A stretch of 64,000 nt of DNA from an uncultured Bacilli bacterium (GTDB lineage: Bacteria > Bacillota_I > Bacilli_A > RF39 > UBA660): NCBI GenBank assembly GCA_944332715.1, contig CALVKN010000001.1, forward strand, positions 13,415-77,414, written 5' to 3'. Shown here piece by piece: positions 46,200-55,422 of the stretch (within the stretch, counting starts at the first letter, position 1; every line of letters begins with the position of its first letter). Both the position numbers and the translations under genes were made by a program. The notes below the pieces were generated by a model. That model worked only from the letters and a program-made list of their open reading frames with translations, searched no databases and was not told where the DNA came from.

Positions 46200-46529
46200 A
46201 TGCTTTTCTTTCTATTTTACATTTTGTCTATCACAATTTTACTAATTCCCATATTAAAAATAATCAACTACAATATTTTAGATGAAAGTATTCTTTTTTT
46301 TCTTATAACTAATTACATATTAAATATAAGTGTTGCTTTATTCTTTGGTTATTTTTCTAACTTTTTTTTAAGTTTAATTGCTATATCATTTCTTCTAATA
46401 TTTAGTATTTTACTTATTAAAGACTTTAAAAGAATATTTGGTGCATATCAATTATCTAGTGTACCCTATTTATTAATGGTATCTTTTTCATTTGTATATA
46501 TCTTAATTACTTTTCTCCAAAGCATCTAA
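46200..46529 (+). CDS. hypothetical membrane protein
   Basis: GAGGTGA RBS, 3-4 hydrophobic helices. Its end overlaps the convergent rluD 3' end. Confidence 0.35.
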   Translation: MLFFLFYILSITILLIPILKIINYNILDESILFFLITNYILNISVALFFGYFSNFFLSLIAISFLLIFSILLIKDFKRIFGAYQLSSVPYLLMVSFSFVYILITFLQSI

Positions 46530-47396
46530 AAATTCTTGAAATTCTCTAGGAAAATCCACTCTAAATTCTAGTTCCTTTTTAGTAATTGGATGAATAAATT
46601 TTAAATACTCTGAATGCAAGAATTGCCCAAATTCATCACTTTTCTTCTTATTATAAACTGGATCATTATGAACTGGATAGCCAATATATGCCATATGTAC
46701 TCTTATTTGATGTGTTCTTCCTGTTTCTAAAGTGAGTCTAACTAAGGTATATTCCTTATATTTTTTTATTACTTCTAAATGGGTTACTGCTCTCTTGCCC
46801 CCAGCCTTAACGGCCATTTTTTGATAATTTTCACTACTTCTAGCAAGTGGTGCATCAATTATTGCAGAGTTTTCTGGAACTACTCCATCAAGCAACGCTA
46901 CATATTCACGATGTATTCGTTTATTTTTAAAATCATCAGCCAGTAATTCATGTGTTTTATTATCTTTTGCCACTAACATTAAACCACTAGTATCTTTATC
47001 AAGTCGATGAACTATACCAGGACGCATTTCTTCTTTAGCAACATCACTTAAATTATTAGTATAATACATAAGCCCATTTACTAAAGTATTATCATAATTT
47101 CCATTCCCTGGATGCACTACTAATCCACTAGGTTTATTGATAACCATTAAATAATCATCTTCATAAACTATATCTAAGTTCATCTTTTTAGCACTTACAT
47201 TCATCTCTTTTACATAGCCATCTTTAATAGTTATTACATCACCAACACTTACTTTATAACTTCCCTTAACCGCATTTCCATTTACTAATATATAGTTATC
47301 AGCAATCATTTTACTAATTAATTCTCTACTATAATTTGTAATACCTGCTAAGTATTTATCTATTCTACCATCATTTGTCTTTACTACTAAATCCAT
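46503..47396 (-). CDS. rluD: 23S rRNA pseudouridine synthase RluD (RluA family)
   Basis: S4 domain plus the HRLDKDTSG catalytic motif. The start is set to MDLVVKTNDGRIDKYL. Confidence 0.9.
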   Translation of the reverse strand: MDLVVKTNDGRIDKYLAGITNYSRELISKMIADNYILVNGNAVKGSYKVSVGDVITIKDGYVKEMNVSAKKMNLDIVYEDDYLMVINKPSGLVVHPGNGNYDNTLVNGLMYYTNNLSDVAKEEMRPGIVHRLDKDTSGLMLVAKDNKTHELLADDFKNKRIHREYVALLDGVVPENSAIIDAPLARSSENYQKMAVKAGGKRAVTHLEVIKKYKEYTLVRLTLETGRTHQIRVHMAYIGYPVHNDPVYNKKKSDEFGQFLHSEYLKFIHPITKKELEFRVDFPREFQEFLDALEKSN

Positions 47397-47847
47397 TTTT
47401 ATCTTCACCTCGTAATACTGCATATATAAGAAGAATAAAACCACTTACTATTGCCATATCTGCTAAATTAAACACTGGAAAACTAAAATTTCCAAATAAT
47501 AATTTTATATAATCAATTACATATCCATATACTATTCTATCTACTAAATTACCAAGTAATCCTCCATAAATTAAAGCAAATGCTACTATATTTCGAAAAT
47601 TTTTTTGAAATATTTTTTGGTAACTTACCAAAAATATCAAAGCAACAATTGCAACTATTATTAAAAATGCTACAGAACCATCAAAAATACTCCATGCAGC
47701 TCCATCATTATAAACTTTGGTAATATAAAAAAAATTAGGAATAACTGTAATTAATTCACTTATACGCAAAAAACTGTCAATTGAAATCTTGACAATTTGA
47801 TCGATTATTAAAATAAATATTGCAATTATTAAACTTCTCGTTCTCAT
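47371..47847 (-). CDS. lspA: lipoprotein signal peptidase II
   Basis: NDGAAWS and FNLADMAI motifs. Confidence 0.9.
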   Translation of the reverse strand: MRTRSLIIAIFILIIDQIVKISIDSFLRISELITVIPNFFYITKVYNDGAAWSIFDGSVAFLIIVAIVALIFLVSYQKIFQKNFRNIVAFALIYGGLLGNLVDRIVYGYVIDYIKLLFGNFSFPVFNLADMAIVSGFILLIYAVLRGEDKNGFSSKDK

Positions 47848-47868
47848 ACACTTACTATAACATATTTT

Positions 47869-48090
47869 TTATTTATTTACCAGTATTACATCCGTTCCAA
47901 TCTTAGCAATATCATTAAAAGTAAAATTTACTTCTCCAGTTTTTAATACTTTTCTAAAAAACTTTTTTTCTTCCGCAATAAAAGATATTATTTTTCCTTC
48001 ACTATTTACTTCCACATCTACTATCCTTCCTAAATTAATTCCCGTTTTTACACTAATAATATCTTTATTTTGTAATTCACTTAAATACAT
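47869..48090 (-). CDS. YlmC/YmxH-family sporulation protein (PRC barrel)
   Basis: LSELQNKDIISVKTGINLGRIVDVEV. Downstream of sigG, as in Bacillus. Confidence 0.8.
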   Translation of the reverse strand: MYLSELQNKDIISVKTGINLGRIVDVEVNSEGKIISFIAEEKKFFRKVLKTGEVNFTFNDIAKIGTDVILVNK

Positions 48091-48116
48091 CTAACCACCC
48101 TTATAAAAATATATGT

Positions 48117-48893
48117 TTATTTAATTAATTTACGTACATTTTCAATGGCACTTTTTTCTAGTCTTGATACCTGTGCTTGACTAATCCCTAACTCGGAAGC
48201 AATTTCCATCTGCGTTTTACCAATAATAAATCTCTCTAACAAGATAGATTTTTCTCTTTCTTTAATTTTAAGCAAAGCTTTTCTTAAAGATATAAGCATA
48301 TCCTTATCACTATTTTTATCTTTGACATCAGCAATTTGATCAAATAAATAAATCGTATCCCCACCATCATTATAGATAGGTTCAAAAATACTTGCAGGAT
48401 CTTTTAAAGCATCAAGCGCAAATGCAATTTTATACTCTTCAATCCCTAAAGCATCTGCAATAACACTACTATTTGCCTCAACCCCATGCTCTGCCATATA
48501 TTCATCTTTAAATTTAATAATTTGGTATGCTAAATCTTTTATACTTCTACTAACACGCATTGCTGTATTATCCCTGATATATCTTTTAATCTCTCCAATA
48601 ATTAAAGGGACTGCATATGTACTAAGTTTAAGGCCATAAGATAAATCAAAATTATCAATTGCTTTGATTAAACCTATGACCCCAACTTGAAATAAATCAT
48701 CTAAATTTACATCTCCCCTATTAAAAGATCGAAGTATACTTAAAACTAATTTTAAATTGCCATTTATAAGTTCTTCTTTAGCGGTAATATCTCCCTCTCT
48801 ATATCTAACAAATAAATGTATCATTTCTTCATTGGTTAATACTTTAATATCACTTGTATTTATTCCTGTTATATCTACTTTATATTTTGACAT
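48117..48893 (-). CDS. sigG: sporulation sigma factor SigG
   Basis: DDLFQVGVIGLIKAIDNFD, YAVPLIIGEIKRYIRDN, FEPIYNDGGDTIYLFDQI and GISQAQVSRLEK closely parallel B. subtilis SigG. Confidence 0.9.
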   Translation of the reverse strand: MSKYKVDITGINTSDIKVLTNEEMIHLFVRYREGDITAKEELINGNLKLVLSILRSFNRGDVNLDDLFQVGVIGLIKAIDNFDLSYGLKLSTYAVPLIIGEIKRYIRDNTAMRVSRSIKDLAYQIIKFKDEYMAEHGVEANSSVIADALGIEEYKIAFALDALKDPASIFEPIYNDGGDTIYLFDQIADVKDKNSDKDMLISLRKALLKIKEREKSILLERFIIGKTQMEIASELGISQAQVSRLEKSAIENVRKLIK

Positions 48894-48954
48894 TAAAAAC
48901 TCCTTTCAAACAATATTTTGTCTAAAAGGAGTCTTTTTTATACAATAAATACAT

Positions 48955-49635
48955 TTAGTGCATTACTTGACTTAATTTTCTAACTACCTTTTTTTCTATT
49001 CTTGATATATAACTTTGACTAATACCAAGCATCTCTGCCACCTCTTTTTGGGTATATTCAATAGTATTATTAAGGCCATATCTCAAAGTCATAATTTCTT
49101 TATCTCTAGGACTAAGCATTTCAATTTCTTTACTAAGAATCTCTTTATCAACTCTTTTTTCATACTCCTTTGGTACTAATTCGGCATCAGTACCAAGTAT
49201 ATCTTCTAAATGTAGTTCATTACCTTCACTATCATAGTTTAATGCCTCTTCTAAAGATACTTCACTTCTCTTTCTCTTATTCTTACGAAGAAACATAAGT
49301 ATTTCATTACTAATACACCTTGATGCATAAGTTGCTAACTTAATATTTTTATCTATCTTATATGTATTAATTCCTTTAATTAACCCAATTGATCCAATAC
49401 TTACTAAGTCTTCTATATCATATGTTGTATTTTCATATCTTTTAGCTAAGAATACCACTAATCTTAAATTATGTTCAATTAATTTATTTCTTGCTTCTTC
49501 ATCACCTTGCTGCGCTTTAATCAAATACGCAAGTTCCTCTTCCTTACTAAGTGGTGATGGCAGTTTATCAGTTGCCCCAACAAAGAAGACTTCATTATAC
49601 TTACTTTTTAATAGTTCAATTAATTTTCTAAACAT
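48955..49635 (-). CDS. sigE: sporulation sigma factor SigE (pro-sigma-E)
   Basis: Pro-sequence followed by LPSPLSKEEELAYL...ARNKLIEHNLRLVVFLAKRYENT. Confidence 0.9.
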   Translation of the reverse strand: MFRKLIELLKSKYNEVFFVGATDKLPSPLSKEEELAYLIKAQQGDEEARNKLIEHNLRLVVFLAKRYENTTYDIEDLVSIGSIGLIKGINTYKIDKNIKLATYASRCISNEILMFLRKNKRKRSEVSLEEALNYDSEGNELHLEDILGTDAELVPKEYEKRVDKEILSKEIEMLSPRDKEIMTLRYGLNNTIEYTQKEVAEMLGISQSYISRIEKKVVRKLSQVMH

Positions 49636-50423
49636 ATATCCTCCATTAATTTATAATTAAGTAAACAATCACTACCATTTAAATTTATTTTCTCTGGCAC
49701 TAATCCTACCAAATAATTATTAAACACTTGATTATTTACTTTAATATATCTAATACTAAAACACTCAATTAACCCTTGATACCCAACAGTTTTATAAGTT
49801 ACATACATAGGACTTCTTATATTTATATATGGCTCTAATACTTTTTTATTAACAAGTATTACATACTTTTTAGTTATGGGATCTCTTAACTTATTACCTG
49901 TATCTAAAAAACCATTACACTCCAAACACTTACCATTTTTAAATACAATACTAACTTTATAATTATAATTATATGTACTCTTAAACTTTTTATGTTCTCT
50001 TACATACAAAAATAATATAATCGGAGCAACAATCAAAAGAAGTATATAATTAACATTTAACCCTTCAAAATAAAAGACCATCCCTTCCCTTTTATAACTA
50101 AATTCAACATTTAAAAAATATAAAAATCCTCCGAGTATTACACTCGTCATATATAAATAAATCATATTAGCACAAAAATATTTAATGTTTTTATATCCAA
50201 AAGCAATTAATATCATAAGAGCACTAGTAACCACCTTAAGAATAAATAACATTATTTCACCACATGGAAGAAATAATATGGCTAGTGATAATGCTCCAAG
50301 AATAGCACTAAATATTAATCTTCTAAATTTAGTATGCCTTTTTAAAGTTATATCAACAGTCATCATTAAAAGTAAATCATATATAAAATTAAGCATAAAT
50401 ACTAGATCTAAATATATTTTCAT
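49620..50423 (-). CDS. spoIIGA: sigma-E processing peptidase SpoIIGA
   Basis: Five N-terminal TM segments and the aspartic protease motif GFLDTGNKLRDP. The start is set to MKIYLDLVFMLNF. Confidence 0.85.
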   Translation of the reverse strand: MKIYLDLVFMLNFIYDLLLMMTVDITLKRHTKFRRLIFSAILGALSLAILFLPCGEIMLFILKVVTSALMILIAFGYKNIKYFCANMIYLYMTSVILGGFLYFLNVEFSYKREGMVFYFEGLNVNYILLLIVAPIILFLYVREHKKFKSTYNYNYKVSIVFKNGKCLECNGFLDTGNKLRDPITKKYVILVNKKVLEPYINIRSPMYVTYKTVGYQGLIECFSIRYIKVNNQVFNNYLVGLVPEKINLNGSDCLLNYKLMEDICLEN

Positions 50424-50465
50424 ACCAATCACGAAATGATTATACAAAAAAAAGAGCGACTAATT

Positions 50466-50482
50466 TGTCGCTTTATGTCGAA
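50466..50482. promoter_or_regulatory. tandem Spo0A-box-like motifs TGTCGCT-tta-TGTCGAA upstream of spoIIGA
   Basis: 10-bp phased boxes about 25-40 nt upstream of the TATAAT (reverse complement of 50439-50444). Reading in the gene direction gives TTCGACAtaaAGCGACA. Confidence 0.45.
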
Positions 50483-50598
50483 GATATTAATTTTTTTATT
50501 TATCTACCTTTGTGATAATATCAATTAACACATCTTTAAATAACTTTAATATAAATTAAATGACAGCCTTACAAATAAATATAAGGATACAAGTTTAT

Positions 50599-51984
50599 TT
50601 ATGTCGTATAATAACCTTCTATTATTTTTTCTCCACCAAAAACATCTTCAAGCGTTTCTGAATCATAGACACGCTCTCCATTACCAAATAAAACATTTGA
50701 ATTAGAGATACCAGGTTCTTTATTATATTCAAAATCAATATAAAAATTATCTACATTGTAATCGCTGACAATCCAATCATACCATGTCATTCCCGCTTCA
50801 GCAGTATATTCTTTATCATCTATAAAAAAGTTAAAAGTGTCTTGTTTTTCTAAAGATATTCTGTATGGATTATTAACTGAACCCTTTCCATCAGAATAAA
50901 TAACAGAATAATTCAAGTAAAAAGCAGGAAATATCACTTGACCAGAAAATAGTATAGGAAAATTTCGAATATTATTTTCGGCATCGATTACATATACTTG
51001 ATTTTCATCCATTGAAACAATAGTCCAACTATTTATCATTTTCGATAACCAATTAGAAGAAATAGAGTCTGCATATTGACTCATATGTGTATTCCAATAT
51101 TCTGGACTTGCCGCATACCCATAATCGCTTAAATATATTAAACCAATTTTAGCACTATATAAAATATTATCAAAGTCGTAAGGTTCTTCAACAATATTAA
51201 TATTTTTAAGATTTCCAACACTACTTTGATATGTAACATTCCAAGTAGTGTTTGCAATAAAATTTTCCCAATTTCCAAGACTTTCTAGATAAGTACCATT
51301 AAGTAAATCCATATTTATTGAATTATTTTTCCAATCACCACTACTAGCATAAGCAGCACCTAATCTACTATTTTTTATTAATTTTACTTGGTTACCAAAG
51401 ACCCCTATTATTCGATATAGGTTATCTTCTGGACATGTTGCTGCATCACTTCCAAAACATACATAATTATTGGGATTTGCTCCGCTATATCTATATGAAT
51501 TATAATATGCTTCTAAATCTCCGTATTCTCCCTGACCATCATGATAGTAAAGTCCATCTTCTCCTTCACCAAAAGTATTATAAAAGTTTTTTATACATTG
51601 TGCCAATTTTTCTCCACCTGAACAAACATCAGCAAGCGTATTAACATCAACATCAAAATATACATAACACCTATCACTAGTATTAGATTGCATTATTACT
51701 TTGTTAGTTTCATTATTCCAAAATAATGTTCCACCATTCTCACATTTAGATAATGTTTCATTAAAAATATATCCATCCTGCGGCCATGTTGTATCCGTTG
51801 ATACTTGATATTCCCCACTACCAGCCTCTGTTTCATACATCATTGTTAATGCATTGGTATTTATTATATTTTTCTTTGTTTTCGTATTTTCTATTACTAT
51901 ATGTTGATTTTGTCCGTATATAATAAAAAATAACAATAAACAAACTACACTAATGCTTAACATAATAAATATAATTTTTTTCAT
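50599..51984 (-). CDS. secreted/anchored protein of unknown function, 461 aa
   Basis: N-terminal signal/anchor MKKIIFIMLSISVVCLLLFFII, Asn/Tyr/Ser-rich, several Cys. The terminator AAAGCGACAAATTAGTCGCTCTTTTTTTT (minus strand) follows. Confidence 0.55.
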   Translation of the reverse strand: MKKIIFIMLSISVVCLLLFFIIYGQNQHIVIENTKTKKNIINTNALTMMYETEAGSGEYQVSTDTTWPQDGYIFNETLSKCENGGTLFWNNETNKVIMQSNTSDRCYVYFDVDVNTLADVCSGGEKLAQCIKNFYNTFGEGEDGLYYHDGQGEYGDLEAYYNSYRYSGANPNNYVCFGSDAATCPEDNLYRIIGVFGNQVKLIKNSRLGAAYASSGDWKNNSINMDLLNGTYLESLGNWENFIANTTWNVTYQSSVGNLKNINIVEEPYDFDNILYSAKIGLIYLSDYGYAASPEYWNTHMSQYADSISSNWLSKMINSWTIVSMDENQVYVIDAENNIRNFPILFSGQVIFPAFYLNYSVIYSDGKGSVNNPYRISLEKQDTFNFFIDDKEYTAEAGMTWYDWIVSDYNVDNFYIDFEYNKEPGISNSNVLFGNGERVYDSETLEDVFGGEKIIEGYYTT

Positions 51985-52100
51985 AAATCACTTACTCCTA
52001 TCTTGTTATAAATAGTATATCACAAAATTCACCGAATGAGTGATTTTTTTTCACTGAATAAATGAGACAATTTGTGTAGGAGAATTTGTGTGAAGAAAAT

Positions 52101-52349
52101 ATGAATAAAAATGATAAAAATTATATTTACTATCTTGTTGGAAAAAATATTAAAAAGTACCGTAAATTAAGAAAAATGAGTATAGAAAAATTAGCAATGG
52201 AATGCCATTACAGCGAAGGTTTTATCAAAAACATAGAAAGTCCTAATTATAAACAAACTTTCAGTTTAGGAACTTTATGGACTATATCTCGAGCACTTAA
52301 TATTGATATAAAATTACTTTTTGATTCTATTAGTAATGAAAACCCGTAA
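52101..52349 (+). CDS. XRE-family HTH regulator, paralog 1
   Basis: YIYYLVGKNIKKYRKLRKMSIEKLAMECHYSEGFIKNIES is an HTH_XRE domain. The start codon choice is uncertain. Confidence 0.7.
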   Translation: MNKNDKNYIYYLVGKNIKKYRKLRKMSIEKLAMECHYSEGFIKNIESPNYKQTFSLGTLWTISRALNIDIKLLFDSISNENP

Positions 52350-52424
52350 AATACCTCACTTAATCAGTGAAATTTTATCAATTAATTAATGAGACAATTT
52401 TTATAGAAAGTTGAGGTAATTATC

Positions 52425-52673
52425 TTGGATAAAAATAGTGAGGAATACATATACTATCTTGTTGGACAAAATTTAAAGAAACAACGCAAATTAAAGAACT
52501 TAACAATAACTAAATTTGCTATGATGTGTAATTATAGTGAAGGATTTATTATGAATATAGAAAGTCCTAACTACAAGCAAACATTTAGCCTTGGTACTAT
52601 ATGGACATTTGCTAAAGTACTTGGAATAGATATAAGAGTTTTGTTTGAACCACTTGATGAAGAAGATAAATAA
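52425..52673 (+). CDS. XRE-family HTH regulator, paralog 2 (TTG start)
   Basis: GAGGT lies 7 nt before the TTG. YIYYLVGQNLKKQRKLKNLTITKFAMMCNYSEGFIMNIES. Confidence 0.7.
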   Translation: MDKNSEEYIYYLVGQNLKKQRKLKNLTITKFAMMCNYSEGFIMNIESPNYKQTFSLGTIWTFAKVLGIDIRVLFEPLDEEDK

Positions 52674-52734
52674 CCAACTAAGTTTTCCAACATTGTTTGG
52701 GAAATTTTTTTATTAGCAAGAACAAAATTCAAAA

Positions 52735-52975
52735 CGTCGTAAGAAAACGTCGTAAGAAAGTTCGCAAGAAAGTTCGTAGAAAAGTTCGTAAGAAAGTTCG
52801 TAGAAAAGTTTGTAAGAAAGTTCGTAAGAAAGTTCGTAAGAAAGTTCGTAAGAAAGTTCGTAGAAAAGTTCGTAGAAAAGTTCGTAGAAAAGTTCGTAGA
52901 AAAGTTCGTAGAAAAGTTCGTAGAAAAGTTCGTAAGAAAGTTCGTAAGAAAGTTCGTAAGAAAGTTCGTGGAAAA
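52735..52975. repeat. 12-bp tandem repeat, 20 units (GTTCGTAAGAAA / GTTCGTAGAAAA variants)
   Basis: Units counted individually. The array ends at the base before the stop codon (52976-52978) of the minus-strand AlbA_2 gene. Confidence 0.95.
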
Positions 52976-54304
52976 TCAATTCAAAGTGTTAGAATTGATT
53001 TTCCATTCTCCCTTTTTAGTAGCCCCACATCTTTGAATTACACCTAAATCAATAAGGGACTTTATATTTTTTTGTATTGCTCTAACTGTAATATCTAAAA
53101 GTCTAGCTAACTCTTTTTGAGTAATTCTAGGATTATCACTCATTAATTTAACAATTGCTTGCTGCGTAATAGATAAATTAACTTTATCTTTAAACTCCAT
53201 TTTCTTTGATTCATCAAATTTGTTTTTCTTAAAGGGAAAACTGACTCTTATAAAATTTGGGAAAAATTCAAAAGATTGTTTAGAATAACTTTTAAGAATT
53301 CTAATAATTCCAGTACCCATTTGTTCTACTAATTCCAAATCTCTAAATACTTTCATTAACTCAGGATTTTTAGGTAAAGAAAATCCCTTTAAAAAATCTT
53401 CCTCAGTTATATTATCTTGAATACCACCATTTGATGATACTGCTAACTTATCACTAAACATTTCTACTTTTGGAGCATAACCATTCGCCCAATCATTATG
53501 AACAATAGCATTAATGACCGCTTCTCTAACTGCATCAAAATCAAACATTTCAATTTCTTTCCTCTGTGGATACCCTACTTTAGTATATATTTTATTTTCT
53601 ATCTTTAGTTTCTCTAACATACTTTTAGTTGCCTTAACAATAGAACAACAACCGAAATCTTCATTTTCTATCAAATCAATTGCTTGTGTCCCACTATATT
53701 TTCCAAATCTAATGGGAATATTGTTATTATCAGAAAGCAAAAATGCATTCATATTATATAAACCATCATCTGTGAAAAAACCTAACTGCCTCAAAAAATT
53801 ATCATTAACAATAATTTTTTTCTCTTCATAATATATTTTCAATTGCGTAAAAGATAAATCCTGCTCTGGAGATTCTATTTTCTTTAATGAATTTCTAACC
53901 CTTTTTACAAAAGTATTATTTATAATATCATATGGCATACTTTGAACTGCACTACCAACACGCATAAAACAACTTTCTGGAGTCATCCCCATCCCTTTTA
54001 AATAATATGGTCTTTCTACTCCCCTAGCAACAATTATTTTAATATATTTTTTATCTTCATAATCTAATACTGCAACATCATATAAACCTATTGTTGATGG
54101 CATAATATTATCTTTAATACGATCCTTTATTGTTCTTTGTAACAAATCTACATCTAAATTAAGCCCAACAACATTACCAGTATCATCAACTCCAATAAAT
54201 ATATTGCCTCCTTGAGTATTTAAAAAAGCAATTACTTCTTTTTCTAAATCATCAGTTAATTTTATTTTAAATTCATTTCTTATATCTTCAATAACATCTA
54301 ACAT
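52976..54304 (-). CDS. AlbA_2 (Schlafen-like) + HATPase_c_4 + winged-HTH protein (the class often annotated RecG-like / putative DNA-binding protein)
   Basis: N-terminus EFKIKLTDDLEKEVIAFLNTQGGNIFIGVDDTGNVVGL; mid region REAVINAIVHNDW; C-terminus ITQKELARLLDITVRAIQKNIKSLIDLGVI. The start lies 7 nt after GGAGG. Confidence 0.7.
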   Translation of the reverse strand: MLDVIEDIRNEFKIKLTDDLEKEVIAFLNTQGGNIFIGVDDTGNVVGLNLDVDLLQRTIKDRIKDNIMPSTIGLYDVAVLDYEDKKYIKIIVARGVERPYYLKGMGMTPESCFMRVGSAVQSMPYDIINNTFVKRVRNSLKKIESPEQDLSFTQLKIYYEEKKIIVNDNFLRQLGFFTDDGLYNMNAFLLSDNNNIPIRFGKYSGTQAIDLIENEDFGCCSIVKATKSMLEKLKIENKIYTKVGYPQRKEIEMFDFDAVREAVINAIVHNDWANGYAPKVEMFSDKLAVSSNGGIQDNITEEDFLKGFSLPKNPELMKVFRDLELVEQMGTGIIRILKSYSKQSFEFFPNFIRVSFPFKKNKFDESKKMEFKDKVNLSITQQAIVKLMSDNPRITQKELARLLDITVRAIQKNIKSLIDLGVIQRCGATKKGEWKINSNTLN

Positions 54305-54336
54305 TAAATTACCTCCATTCATTTAATCTGTTTTTT

Positions 54337-55221
54337 CTATACAAATTTATATTCTTTACTTAATATTCTTTTATCACTACAATATTCCATAATAAATTTA
54401 TTATCTTTCTTACATATGATAATTCCAATTGTTTTATCTTGATTTATTTCTCTTAAGTTCTTATCTATGTAATTCATGTATACTTCTATTTGGCCAATAT
54501 GTTCTTTTTTTAACTCTGTTACTTTTAGTTCTACTACTACGTAACAATTAAACTTAATATTATAAAGAAGCAAATCAATGTAATTATAAGTATTGCCTAT
54601 TTTTATTTTGTATTCATTTTCGACAAATGTAAAACCATCACCTAGTTCTTTTAAAAAAGACGGAATATCTTCTAATATTAATTGTTGTAATACTTTTTCA
54701 GAGATTATTTCTCTATTATTGCTATTTTTTATAACAATAGGATTTTTGATTAAATCAGCTAATGTGGTTTCTTCTTTGGCAATTAATTTTTCTCTAGTAA
54801 TATCATCTAATCTTTCATATTCTTTATTTTTTATTCGTTCACGAAGCTGCCTTACTGATAAATTTTTTTGTTCAGCTACCATAATATAATAATTTATCTC
54901 ATCCAAATTATCTTTTGATAATAGTTCAACATAATGACTATATGATAATTTTGGCGACAGTGTCGCCAATTTTAGATTTAATAAATAAAACTTCTTCATT
55001 TTATTTAACGACGAAACATCATATTTAATACCTATGTCTTGTGTTAATCTTCTAGAATATTCCTTAATAATACCTTCACCATAATGTTTACCTGCTTCAC
55101 TTAAGAGTTTACCAACATTGTAATAGGTAGTTAAATCACTTCTATTCTTACTATAATCTTTTACTCTTTTAGTTATTTCATTATTTATTAATTCATTTTT
55201 GATTTCCTTATAATAGTTCAT
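54337..55221 (-). CDS. DUF1016 / YhcG-type PD-(D/E)xK nuclease-family protein
   Basis: N-terminal helical domain. C-terminal YIDLLLYN...YVVVELKVTELKKEHIGQ provides D...E-x-K. Confidence 0.7.
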   Translation of the reverse strand: MNYYKEIKNELINNEITKRVKDYSKNRSDLTTYYNVGKLLSEAGKHYGEGIIKEYSRRLTQDIGIKYDVSSLNKMKKFYLLNLKLATLSPKLSYSHYVELLSKDNLDEINYYIMVAEQKNLSVRQLRERIKNKEYERLDDITREKLIAKEETTLADLIKNPIVIKNSNNREIISEKVLQQLILEDIPSFLKELGDGFTFVENEYKIKIGNTYNYIDLLLYNIKFNCYVVVELKVTELKKEHIGQIEVYMNYIDKNLREINQDKTIGIIICKKDNKFIMEYCSDKRILSKEYKFV

Positions 55222-55422
55222 TTTTTCTCCTTTAATTTTTCATAAAGTTAATTCATAATATCATAATCAAATAGGTAATACAAATCACCAATTCTAAAAA
55301 TTATCTATTATATTTAAGAAAAAAATCTCAAAAATTAAAAAAAATTACAAAAACTACTATCAATTTTTAAAATTAGTAAAATTTAAAAAAAAGAAATAAA
55401 AAAAGAAACATTCAGTTTCTCA

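Noticed and set aside
52735-52975. CRISPR array, or a LexA-site array suggested by the repeated CGAAC
   Set aside because: The units are contiguous with no spacers and are only 12 bp long, so this is not a CRISPR array. The GTTCG motifs are direct rather than inverted repeats, so they do not form Cheo boxes.
52697-53047. Track ORF encoding a (RKKV)n Lys/Arg-rich protein, together with the reverse ORF 52713-52979 (FYELSYEL repeats)
   Set aside because: Both are by-products of the 12-bp repeat staying open in most frames. The + ORF needs a TTG start with no SD and runs antisense into the 3' end of the AlbA_2 gene. It is kept only as a possibility to exclude experimentally.
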